DNA of 64,000 bases, from contig CM120642.1 in assembly GCA_051362555.1 (NCBI GenBank), forward strand, positions 2,542,001 to 2,606,000. The letters run 5' to 3'. Each line of letters begins with the position of its first letter. Within the stretch, counting starts at the first letter, position 1. Origin of the DNA: Lingula anatina. Taxonomy: Eukaryota > Animalia > Brachiopoda. A program made the translations under genes and the position numbers. Shown here one piece after another: positions 1 through 12,045 of the stretch. The notes beneath the pieces are model-generated. The model was not told where the DNA came from. It made no database searches and was given only the letters and a program-made list of their open reading frames with translations.

Positions 1-228
1 AATCATTGGCTGAAAATTGTTATGTTGAGAGTAAGTCAAGGGTAATGCCCATTATACATTGACAGTAAAGTCAGTAAGTATTCAGAAATCGTACTGAATG
101 TATCAATCGTTTTTCATTTTGACAAATCTAAGAAAGGGTGCACGTGGTTGCCCACTTCATCAATGTCATGTGACCTGCAATTATCTCTTTCAGTAAATAA
201 TGCAGGTTTTGGCAGAACGAATCTTTTC

Positions 229-697
229 CGGTGTTACTGAAATGCGCAATACACTGCAATACAGCGCAACACAGCGCAATACACTTGAAAAAACAAGTAA
301 AGTTGCAATCACACAAAAGAAACAGCCATTTCCAACAAAGTAGGGTGATTTAAAAGCAAATTGCATTACTATTTAAGTAATATTGTAGATAAAACTTAAC
401 AAATCGGCGAGACTTTTACATTGTCGGGTCAGCAGCCATATTGGTGAGTAGCTCTTCTTGGATATATTACTGGCCAAGAAGAGCCACTCGCCAACATGGC
501 AGCTGACCCAACATTGAAAAAAATGTGTCAATCTCTTGCGGTGTATCAGCAATATTCATTACTTACTGATATATTTTGCTTTCATATCGACCTATTTTGT
601 TTGAATTCAACCTTTCCCGTGTTTACTTGTGGCTGGACTTGTTTTTTTCAAGTGTATTGCACTATGTTGCGGTGTATTGCGCATTTCAGTCACACCC
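229..697. mobile_element. Mutator (MULE)-type foldback MITE in MED16 intron 1
   Basis: Long imperfect TIRs: GGTGTTACTGAAATGCGCAATACAC...CTTGAAAAAACAAGT at 230-300 matches the reverse complement of 637-696. There is also an inner inverted pair at ~420-515. A 9-10 bp direct repeat AATCTTTTC(C) flanks the element at 220-228 and 698-706, typical of MULE TSDs. Confidence 0.8.
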
Positions 698-862
698 AAT
701 CTTTTCCCTTCGACGTCCCCCCCCCCCAAAAAAAAAATAGTAATAAATAAAATAAAAATTATGAAAAAACAGAACTGATCTGTGGCACCCCCACACAAAT
801 TATAATATTTGATAAGGAACCATTATCATCACAGTATCAGAGGTCGTTCTATGTTGTGTTAC

Positions 863-1047
863 CTGTCTTGTTTTTCCTGCATAAGCAGATCGTCTTTGTC
901 CTTGGCCAGCTCCGCAGCCTCGTCGAGCGCCTGGGTGCTGGTAAAAGCGACCGCGTTCCGGCATGAAAACGTACATATGGAACGTGGCATATGGCCATAA
1001 ATTGGTTTCCTGGTGGACGAACCCGATACACTATATATCAACTCCAT
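863..1047 (-). CDS. MED16: Mediator complex subunit 16, first coding exon (gene continues off the left edge)
   Basis: ATG at 1047 gives MELIYSVSGSSTRKPIYGHMPRSICTFSCRNAVAFTS..., which resembles the MED16 N-terminus (MDLAYV...CAWSCRNLIAFT). The exon ends at donor AG|GTAACA (862). Confidence 0.75.
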
Positions 1048-1131
1048 CTTTGACGGAGAATTGATGTAAAATTTAGAAATATACGTCGGCAAAATTGCCG
1101 GCTAACCTAAGGCAACCATGTTGGATTTAAC

Positions 1132-1141
1132 TCTCGCGAGA
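1132..1141. promoter_or_regulatory. TCTCGCGAGA palindromic promoter element upstream of MED16
   Basis: Exact TCTCGCGAGA 85 bp upstream of the MED16 ATG. This is a known housekeeping-promoter motif (CGCG/BANP element). Confidence 0.55.
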
Positions 1142-1782
1142 TTTTGTTCTGGGCGAGAGTCTTATTAAAGCTGACAGTTTATTCAAGGAATTTTAAGTAA
1201 ATTTTTAAAATAACTGAAACGTAACAAGGAGAGATAATTTTGATAAAAAGGTCCATTGGAAGATAATAATTCATTGTTGATCGACTTTGTTTTCTTAGAC
1301 AGAATTACAAAATTAGCAGATAGATAAAGGAAGGAAAGTGGAAAAATCCAGGACTAGGCCTGTAGGTTGGCAATTAACCCTAATGCAGGTAGTAAGCTAC
1401 CAGTAACCACATAGTAGACGCACATATTAAGTTATATTTCACTAATTCAAAACCAACTATTTTCCTTTCTTTCTTTTCACACAAATACGTTTTCCCCCTT
1501 TTTGTAAATAGGCCTATTATCGGTTCGGTGTGTAGGCCTACTATTCATCTAGCGGTCACGGTGATCAACTCAAGAAACAACTGGTAACAGTGCAGGCATG
1601 GCTCGCCAGAAAGAGATTCAACCAGTTTACCCGTAGCATTTTCCCACGTTGGAAATGGACATCACAGACTCTACACGGTTATCGACATTTCTAAGCGCTG
1701 ACTGTCTCTTCCATAGGCCTACAACAAAAATGATATTTAATCCGGGCACCTGTCATCGGTAAATTGTCATATAATATGAGTA

Positions 1783-3713
1783 GGGGAGAGCGGGGTGGGT
1801 TGGAACGCGGGTAAGTTGGAACATTGGCTTTATTTCTTAAACCACAAGACCGATCATGTGCTCCTTCAGCATAAAAATGTCACGTGGCATGGTCATTCAC
1901 CCGGTAAACTTGTGGAAGTTTTGAAAATGCAGTAAAAGTTTTATGCGAAAAAAACTTATTTTTGCTACTCGAAGTAAGTTTTCATATTTTTGACATTCAT
2001 CGTGCTGTAAACTAAAGTATAAGGATTATATCACTGAAATTGTGCATAGCGTTTAGGACCACCTTGATGTTAAAAAAGCTGTCGTTTTTTTTAAACACTT
2101 CCCACGTGTTTAAGAAATACAGTGTCATAAGTAGGCCATGACGTCATGGGGGCTGGTCGGAACATTTGACATGGGGCCAGTTGGAACACTGTCAGGGGTG
2201 TTCCAACCCACCCCGCACGGTGTTTTTCATTTTTTTAAACCTCTCTAAATATTTTAATTTCAACTTTGAAGAGAGTAGTAACGTAGTAACCCAGTACAAC
2301 TCCAACTGGAGACGGAATCTAGCTGATAGAACATCTCCATGATGCCGGAATGTACATGCGTTTAGAAGATACAAGGGGGGATGGTCACTGCTTGTTAAAT
2401 GCAGTTGCTAGCTGTTTGGTCGAATAGGGGTCTGCATGCCCACTGTTGCTTTTTGCGATAAATTGCTTTTAAATGTGGAAGGAAATGTCGATTATCACTC
2501 TGCTTTTCGCGGCAAAATGAAAATATTCTAGCTGAGAGCCTATGTTATGGATAAACTATACAACACCAATTCTGCCGATATTGTTTTAAATGCTTTGTGT
2601 AATGGATTGGGGGTTGCTGTCAATGTTTAGTGAACGAGGGTACAAAATCCGCCAGAAAAGACAAACATTCACCTCGTAACTTAGGCAAAGATTCAGTTGA
2701 AATCTCAGTTGCCCTCACCGGAAGAGGTGCTACAACACACTAAAGCGCACTTAAGAAAACCCCAAAACAGCTCAAGTCCAGAGGCTCACCGTCGCAGTCC
2801 AAAGATTAAAAGAAGAAAACTATGCAGTGCAGTTCTAACTGACACACCTGAAAATGAGCTACTCGAAAAAGAAAAGGCCAAGCCCAACAAAATTAAAAAG
2901 GACAAGCGCAACAAAAATAAAAAACAGTTAAAGATTTCTAGTCGATAGAGAAAATCAAGAAAAAGGAAATTAAAGATGACCAGCGATTCTGTGTCAGAAG
3001 AAGAGTGGCCATGTCTGGTTTGTGGGGAGCCGTTCATTAACAGCCGACCAAAAGAGAAATGGGTTAAATGCATTGTTTGTCTAAAGTGGTCACATGAAGA
3101 CTGTAAGGGTGACCGAGTGTACATATGTCAGAACTGCGATTTTGATTCTGAGTTGTTGAGTTGAAAGAGATACAGTTTTCATTTGTAGGTCTAACATACT
3201 GTTGTTAATAGGTTGAGATATATGAGTTCAATTTCTTTTCTCTTAAACTACACCACTTTTGTTATCATTATGAAATGAAGTGTAACTGGATATGGTTTAT
3301 ACATCGAAAAGACTATTTGAAAGCAAATTGTAAACGTAAAAAATGCTCACAAACTATGGAGATACGAATACAAAGTAACACTTACTTGTTGGGAAATTAA
3401 TATAGATAATCCTACTCTTAAAATGAATTATACTTTGAATTTATATGCAAGCGTTCCAACTCGCCCTCTTGTTCCAACTCACCCCACTGCCTGTTCCAAC
3501 TGACCCCGCGGGTGGGGTGAGATGGAACGTTTTAGGAGGCAACTTTGAGCATTTATAACTCTAAAATAAAAAGACCTACTTGATGTTTTATTTCATAGAT
3601 GAGTGCGGCATATAATTTTCCCCTATCATATTTTTTATTTTTGTCCCCAAAGCTTTGACTGCTGAGATATCGCAAAAAACGTGAAAACTGTTCCAACCAA
3701 CCCCGCTCTCCCC
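1783..3713 (+). mobile_element. Internally deleted pogo/Tigger-like (Tc1/mariner superfamily) DNA transposon
   Basis: TIRs GGGGAGAGCGGGGT(G/T)GGTTGGAAC at 1783-1806 and 3690-3713, with TA on both sides. Repeated subterminal GTTGGAAC/GTTCCAAC motifs. Carries a residual transposase C-terminus. Confidence 0.85.
2697..3164 (+). pseudogene. Transposase C-terminal remnant with basic region and PHD-type zinc finger
   Basis: ...RRKLCSAVLTDTPE...KK-rich, an in-frame stop at 2946-2948, then CLVCGE...WVKCIVCLKWSHEDC...YICQNC. This C-terminus is typical of pogo-like transposases. No DDE domain is left. Confidence 0.7.
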
Positions 3714-5345
3714 TACTACACTGTAGTTTTTGTATGTGCCCTTTTAATTGTTATATTGACATGCCATGGGGTTAAAGAATCAGACTGAATAAAATGTGAA
3801 ATAAAGAGCTTGACGTGAGAGCACTTACCTTATCGGAAACACTCGATGTCATTTGGTTTTACTCGGCGCCGAAATGCATATCGATGGTATTTCCTCCCGT
3901 TTCTTCCTTGTCTTCGTTTTGAGAATCAGTCACTTGATCTTATATGTATCATCAATCAAATGGCATCGTGATTGTCTCTTTTAGATATTTTTGCTAGTTA
4001 ATGATGTATTTATTATTTTGCTGAAAAGTGACGGCTAAAACATTTCTTAAATTGTGAAATCAGAGAACCTGCATGACTATAGGCCTATAAGTTTTTATCT
4101 GACATAACAATTTAAAGGTCTGATAAAATTTTAAAAAGAAAGAAAAACATTTCAATGCTTAATAATTTTCAGAAAGTTACTTTGGAGATGATTATAAGGA
4201 AAATATTTTGCCATGATTTTTTATTTATTTATTTATTTATTTATTATTTTTTTTTTTTTGAAAGGAGATGGGTGTATTTATACCATTTGCTTCTAACTCT
4301 TGCAACACGCCAACTTGCAAGATTGCCTGTATAAGCCTCTCTCTCTCTCTCCCTCCATTCCTCTATACTTTCTCCAAAAGAAAAGAAAAAAAAAACAATA
4401 AAAAACAATTAGAAAGCAATACGGTTATCAACCGTGCCTTTTTAGGGTAAATTGCTAAAACAAAAGCCCCACTGTGGAAAATTTGCGTAATATTTTGTGT
4501 GACGTCAATGGTGGGCTAAAATTAGCAATCCGAGAGGAAACCTGCCATCTTTCTTTGTTTACCGAGTTGGGGTTCTAAATTCAAACTGCACGGTTTAATC
4601 TCTGCGTGTTGTCCGGGGTTTGCCTGAACGCACGTGCTGGGACGACCTACTTCTCACCAGGGGAAACCAGAATTTACCACATTTTCCTACATCAGGTAAA
4701 TTCGGCCTTTCCACAGGTTTGATTACTTATTATCCATGATTTGTTTTCCTCTCTATGGGATATTGCCCAGCTTAGCATAACTGTGAAGTAAATAAATAAA
4801 TAACCCATAAACAGTTTAAGATCACAATTCGTGGAACACTCTATTCGCGTTTGAGTATAAAAAATGGTATGTAGTATGTAACCATTTGCAGGAAACTGGA
4901 CAAGGGAAATATTGGTAAAAAATGGAAAAGTACCAATTTAGTAACGCTTCCTTATCTTGAAACATTCCTGTGTGTTCAGCTGCAAAACTCCCCATGTTGT
5001 CTTGCTGCGAACATTTCTTTAGTCACCTCCCCTTCCTCCATGATTGGAATCTTCCGGATCTGGTTCTCATCATCTCAGTGAATATAAATCTACGGTTGTC
5101 CGCGCCACAGTATTTACTCTGTATTTACTGTGTGTGATAAAACTCACCACAAACGAACAGGAACGACGAACAAACTAAACCAACTTCGTGAGAGACTCTA
5201 AGTGCAATTAGCTCTTTTATGATAGAAATCCGTCGGAAAAATCTTAATTTTGAAGGAATATAAACGTTTGGAATTTATTGTGGAACCAGAAACAACGAAC
5301 AAGAAGACAGACAAGAACGTACTTAAAACACACACGGTTGTCAAG

Positions 5346-8300
5346 ATGTCTTGGATCGCTTATTTCGTTTGTGTTTTTGCGGTGCTCCACGGTTCGCTGG
5401 CTGACGTAAGTATACCTTCTATATGAGTGATTAAAAACGTGGAAAGGGATTTGAAAGAAAGTAAATAAGACGAGGTACAATAATTAAAATCCTGACTCAA
5501 AATATTACCTATCTTAGATCCAAACCAAGTCTGTAATAATAAACTGCTGCCATCAATGTACAGTGTATCACTGTGTATTTCGTGTCTAACTACCCTGTGC
5601 ATGAATGAATAAAACGTCTTCAGAAATATTAAACCTTCAGGAGTTCACAAGTACCATATCTGGGTATACATCGTCTTGGCTGATTAGGGGACAATTAGGG
5701 TTAACATTAGTTCTCGGTAATACCTTAATTCTTAATTGTTATCGTATATATCTTTAGATTAAACCAAAATAAATATATCGGATCTAAATCCAGATCTTCA
5801 AAGATATCAGCATTTAGATTTCAGCTATCGAAATGTACAGAGTCGAATTCTTTTCTTGCCCACTTTTATGCATCTAAAATTAGTTGTAGAAAGAAATAAA
5901 ACCAAGGGGGATACCTCTTAATCGTTCACGCCTCCCTTTAAAGACATTTGGTAACAGTTTTTATAGTTCTCTTGCTGCAAGGAATTACGCAGTGCTTCAA
6001 GGTAATTCACGGGTCGTGGTAGCTAAAATAATATTAACCAACTTTATAGAGGGTTACAAACGTTTGTGGAAAACAGGAACCGATCGATCTGCCGAAATTT
6101 TAGGGTATACATGTATTCTTCACTAGAAGGCAAATGAGTGAGGGCAAAATTGATCATAATTCTATACCAAAGTTCTCGTTGGACAAAAGAGAAAGATTTG
6201 TCTTGGATTAGCCATAGACATATCTAAGAATATCTAAAAATAAGTTCAATCTGTGGTCCTGGCTGAGGGTGGTATGTAGTACTAGTATGCGTGTAGGAGA
6301 AACGGATGATAATGACAATCCCGATCAAATCGAAGGTCAGACACGGTCTGTACGTAATAATGATGGGATGGGCAAGTGCGGGCGAGTGCTGGCGAGTGCG
6401 GGTAGCGGCGTGGTCAACGTGAGCACTAAGTAGTATGGTTAGTGTGCATGATTCATATTGGTATGGCAATAGTAGAAAAACAAATAGTGGATATTTCTAA
6501 TGATCATGTAGGAGGGAGGAAAGGATGAGAAAGAGAGAGATGTCATCCAACTATTTATGTAGTACAAATGCATAGTTGATGTTCGTATTGTGATCATTTC
6601 TGTTGTATTTAAACCGTCAGGTTTTATTTGTAAACATCTGTAGCGCAAGAGCTGTCATATGCTTTCTGGCACACTATAAGTATCCCCGTGCCTGGTAAAT
6701 AAACCCTGGTGGCAGGGCTCATTCTCCAGCTAGCATCTTAGCAGACTTCATTTTGTTACTAGTAAATGACGCATGCTCGATCGTGTCTTAATATTTTGGT
6801 AAAGTCAACCACAAGTACGAAAAACTACACGCAAAACTCCTTAGTTAAGTGTGTTATTGCTGTAAGTTATAAGACTCCCAGATCACCGACAGAAACGAAC
6901 TGTTAAACAAAATTAAAACGTCATGTATTCACTTCCAACATGCTCCAAATCAGACCAAGTTTTAACATAAAATTGTCGCCGATATTTTACGACATAAGAA
7001 CATTTTCCAGATGAAAATACACAGTGACATTTTACACGTTTTGCTGGGTGCGCATTATTGTTTCGTTTTGTTTTGGAGATATTATATTACAATGAATAAA
7101 ATTCCATACCGAAGAAAACAACGGAAAGACAGTGCCAGTGTACTTTACAGCGAAAAGGAACACGAAAATCATTATCCAAGTAAACTATTTATCCACGTGA
7201 CCTTTGAAAATTTAATTTTATGACCAGATATAACTTTAACTGTAACTTCTCCTTATACTTAAAACTTCCTGGGGTGATGTTTACTGTCAATTTAAATGAT
7301 ATTCAATTCGATCATTTCAGCCTCCGGCCAGTTTCTTACTGAAAGCCGACCGGTTTCGGGATCCCGATGATTTCATCAGAGAGTTCGTGGATACAGGCGA
7401 GTACTGAAAACCACAAATACCACTTATCCATGATTGTCATTTCCTCGTATATTTTATACTTGAATTATGAAGTGCATGGAAGCGAGATCATAGGAAATGG
7501 GTTCACTGATAGACGGAGGAGGGGGGGGGGGGGGGAGGTATTGCTGAAAAAGCCTGGCACTTATTGTTTATCAAGTTGTTTTTTTTAACAGTAGAACCTC
7601 AGACACCTAGTGAGTATTTTAAGAGATGGTTGTGGTGGTTTGAGGAGGTAGGGGGGAGATTTGGTGCAAAATGCTTTATCAAAACAACAACGAATTTTGA
7701 TAACTTTTTGACTCTTTCCTCATAATGTCCCAGTGCCAACTCTACCGTTTATAAACTTTTTTCAATTTCGTTTGTCAGCTCCCATCATCATGATACGTAA
7801 ATGGAAAATGGAAATTTAACCAATATAACGCTATTTTAATGCTAATTATGTCTGTATATTGAAATATCGATTCCATAGTCTGTATGTTATTTATAAGTTT
7901 GCTTACCTCCGCGGGGTTCATCCTATTCACAAGTTGAAGTAATATCCTGGATGCATCATTTACTACTCCTACAAGAGGCCCATTTAGCTGTTCAAGCAAG
8001 GTATAAAACTGGTTGAAGGACTTCAACTGGCTGTGTAACAGTTAGACGGCATCACGTCATCCGTCTTCATATCACCACATTGCCCAACTTTCATTATGTA
8101 TATGGCATATTGTTCCATAAACACCAAAAACACGTACTTGTAACTGACCGACTAAATCATTCTACTTGTGTACACATTTAAGGGAATTATTCTATTCTAG
8201 GTAGCATTTCTTCGCAGCAGATGGAAGAAATTAACTCGGCGATACGGGACATGCGGGAACAAGGTACGGTAGAGGATGTTCTTATTTCCTTGCTGTGATA

Positions 8301-10406
8301 AACAGAAACCACTTGAATTAGCATCTTGTTCTGCCAAACATAACACTACGACCACTGAGCGTCGAGTTCAATTATGTTAGTGAAAAACAAAACAAAAAAA
8401 ATGAAACAATAAGAAATAAAAAAGCGTGTAGGTCTAAGTTCAGCGTAGCACGTGAGCGACTGTAGCCCTCTGTGACACTGAGTTACATGTAAAAGACCAT
8501 CACAACAGGTGGATGTTTTTTTTAAAGTATGTATTACTTTAGTAATATTTTTAGTAACCACCTTGACAGCCTCGAGGTTTTATTGTTATGGTTTCAATCA
8601 AACCGTTTAATTTTGGGATCAAAAGCAGTTTAAGTCTAAGCAGTTCATAAATCCGTCAAGGCGACATATATCATACATGTATGTATCAAGGGCACAAGCC
8701 TATATCGTAGGGAATATGTCTGTTAAAATCATTTTAGAACATCATTTTCATGTTTGTAGACACAGTATTTGGTTAGTACACATTACCAGCCGGTACCCAT
8801 TCTATTGTATCTTTGTTCCTGATTTTAAATTTAGACTCTAAACTTTCAGTTTGACTTCTGGAGTCTTAAAAACTTAACTCAATCTATAATATTGCATACG
8901 ACGTATGCACTGGACCTGCAGTGTAAGCGGGTTTAGCTAACCATTTCTTTCACAAAACGTGTTGGCACAGTTGCAATATAATTTTCCAAGAACAAAGTAA
9001 TGTAATTTCAAGTCGACGGCGCTTAGTTTACTTTGCTAAAGAGTAACTTTTATAGCTTGTTTGATAATTTAAAAGTCATGAAGCGCAATCAAATCAATTC
9101 TAGTTTGAAAGCACTGCTAAAAGCATGACATGCACACGTGTTTCTTTAGAGGAAAACATCATGTTTGCGTCTGTTGGTATTAATGCCAGATATCTCTTAA
9201 ATCTACTTTCTCATTTTACACATTTCAACATGAACGAAATTTTTTGTACTCAAGGAGCCAAGTACAGCACTTGTAATTGCATCTGATCCTTAACGTAAAA
9301 AGTACGAGTTCTAACATACAGTGATGTGTAGATCAAATTTACAGCTGGTTTAACCGTTTTGTAGTTTTATTAAAGGGTAGGGGCCTTATTTTTTTTTCGC
9401 CTAAAACCTTATCTGAAAAGAAGATTAAAAGCATAATGTAGTTACAGATATGGAATGCATTGCTCTTTTGAATACCAAAACCGTTTTGAAAACCGTTTCT
9501 TGGAAGGAAGTGGTTATCAGTTTGCTTTCAATCGTACTAGAAAACAGTAGCAGGAATAACTAAAATCTCAATCAGAAAAAAAATAGAAAGAAGGGCGGAA
9601 ATTTTCTGATTAAAAGCTTCTACGTGCTGATATCGCTGATATCACTTAAACATACAGACTAAATTTGATATGTAATGAATCTGAAAGTATTTATAGAATA
9701 AAGATGAAACATTTAAGAAGTGTCAGTTCTTACTAATAATCTTTGCACAGTTCAAAAATTATCCATAAATGTCTATATCTGTTTTTTTTTCAGTATATTT
9801 TCATTATGTTGAGTGCACGAAAACATTTAATTCAAGTCATACATGTACCATAAATACTAGAAAAAAAAAACATTTTATTGAACAATATACAATAACATCT
9901 TTTAATAATTGAGCTTTTTTTACTTTTCAGGTCGACGCCCAAACAGATGTAAGTGACATTTTCCAGTTCTAGTCCCAATCAATACACAGATAAATATGGG
10001 ATTTAGGAATCCCACTAATTTCATAGTAATTAATTAATAGCCCTGTGATTATTAATTTCCCTTTTCCTGTTCTATGTAGTCTTGCACGTTTCAACGACAG
10101 CACTTTCGATTTTGTACCCAGTGTGGTGTGTTAAATGGATTTGTTAACTGTCGATTATCAACATAAACATCTTTTTTTTCTAATCCATAAACGTGTAGAC
10201 ACAGTCGCCAGTACAAACACTCTGAATGATGGCTGCATACCGGAACAGACGGCTGTGGCTTTGAATGAGGGTTCAGATCCAAATGTCCTTACGTTTCCCG
10301 TGTGTGTCAAAGTGTCTCGGTGCGGAGGCTGCTGCGGATCTGAAACCACTACTTGTGGTCCGTCACCAGGGGGCACTGTCACTGTGTCCAAGAGGGTATG
10401 TGTGCG

Positions 10407-10443
<37 letters not shown>

Positions 10444-12045
10444 ACACCAACTTCTGTATATTTGCATATTTATGCAATTACGCATTTTAGGCAAAACAAG
10501 TCTTGAAATTACATGCAGTATGATAGGTACAGCGGTAAAACAATTTATTTTCCTTGTTTTTTTCGCATTTCATGTCTTATTAAAATCGAACATTTTATAT
10601 AATTGATGCTGCTTTGTACTAATAGTAGTTATATTTTAAATATATTTTAAATAAGGGTTACAGCAACGCGCTTACGAGTCAACTGAGCATGAGAGAGAGA
10701 GGAGAGAGAGAGATTTCTTACATAAGTTCCGCACGGCGATTACGATGAATCTTTAAAGTGTGTTCTTTTAATTATATTCTTTGTAATGTAACGTAGCATT
10801 CAACGATGTAGTTATTCTCAAATTTTACTAGGTAATGAAATTCGAGGGCACAGCGTATAACCTGAACAATTTGAAGTACATTGGGGCGGAAACGAAACTC
10901 ATCGAGGAGCACACTGCATGTCAGTGCCAGTGTAAGGTGAAGGCAGGGGATTGTAACCCCGCCGTACACATCTATGATCAGGACAACTGCCGCTGTAAGT
11001 GCAAGGTGCCGCAGATCAGCTGTTCCTCTGGGATGGTGTGGGACGATTCCACGTGCAGGTAATGCTGGATCTTGAATTATTTTAGGTTAATTTGATTTTT
11101 GTTTGCTTGCTTTGGCAATGCTGGGTTTCGGTTTATCTCACGTGTTGGTGGTTCTGAAATTCGTTTTATCTCACGTGTTATTAACATTGACTTCGGTCCT
11201 TCTCACGTGTTGGTAACACTGAATTTAGATTTAGTTCACGTGTAAGTAATATTGTATTTCAGTGTCTCTCACGTGTTGGCATAAAAATACTAACTTTCGA
11301 TTTATTTCACGCACAGGTGATGTTTTATGTTTGATTTATTTAATGTGTAAATCTTGAATTTCGATGGATACACTAAATTTCGCTTTATTGAATACACGTG
11401 TTGTGCTGATTCCTCCTTCACTACGTGTTGTAGCAGTAGAATTCGTTTTCTCGCCTACTGCTTCAACAGATATTTGACATTTAGTAAACCCTGGTGTATA
11501 AGAAGGCTAAACGATCTTCACAAAACTAACCATTTTTTGCTATGGTAACTACTTATACTAATTCAGTCATGTGAAAATGAGGTACGTACTGCGGATGGCT
11601 AATGGTGTTATAGTTCATTCAATTCGCTGAAATGTTCCTCTGAAATGTGACGCACACTTTTTATTTTCCCAAAAACAATAACCGTCGTGGCATCGATGGA
11701 TTCTTGGATCTTTGCAACGTACGAAAACGTACATTTCATATGAATTAAATCTGTAATAGTAAATGCATTTTCAGTGTATACAAATTTTGCTATTTTATTT
11801 GATACTCTTACAGATGTATCTCCAAGGACACCGTGGCCCTCCTCACTTGGCGCGCCAGAACCACCGGTGAGGCCGCCCCCTCCTTCTCCGCACAGCCCCA
11901 GCAGGCGGAGAGAGTGGTGGCCAGCGACCCCTGTGATGGCTGCACCTGTGGACGCCGGTGGAACCCCACCCCAGGGGCCGGCAATACCTGTGAGTGCGTA
12001 CATAGTTCAGGACGGAGCAGGAGGCCATGTCCTGCCAGAGGCTAA
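5346..12045 (+). CDS. PDGF/VEGF-family growth factor (VEGF-C/PVF-like), 7 coding exons
   Basis: Exons: 5346-5405 (signal peptide MSWIAYFVCVFAVLHGSLAD), 7321-7396 (GC donor), 8201-8263, 9931-9948, 10199-10395, 10832-11058, 11814-12045 (TAA). All phases are compatible. Cystine-knot pattern C-IP...FPVCVKVSRCGGCC...C...EEHTACQC is followed by CxCxC Balbiani-ring-like repeats. Confidence 0.9.
11127..11430 (+). repeat. ~33-bp degenerate minisatellite with a CACGTG core in the last PDGF/VEGF intron
   Basis: CACGTG at 11139, 11172, 11204, 11237, 11270 and 11395, and TACGTG at 11422. Consensus is approximately TTCGNTTTATCTCACGTGTTGGTAA. Confidence 0.8.

Noticed and set aside
1-30. TTTTCAG acceptor on the minus strand as MED16 exon 2
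   Set aside because: Joining it in phase 2 gives an immediate TGA, so the true exon 2 probably lies outside the window.
11127-11430. CRISPR-like regular spacing of a short palindromic core
   Set aside because: The 'spacers' are homologous to each other, the core is only about 8 bp, there are no cas genes, and it lies in a eukaryotic intron. It is a minisatellite.
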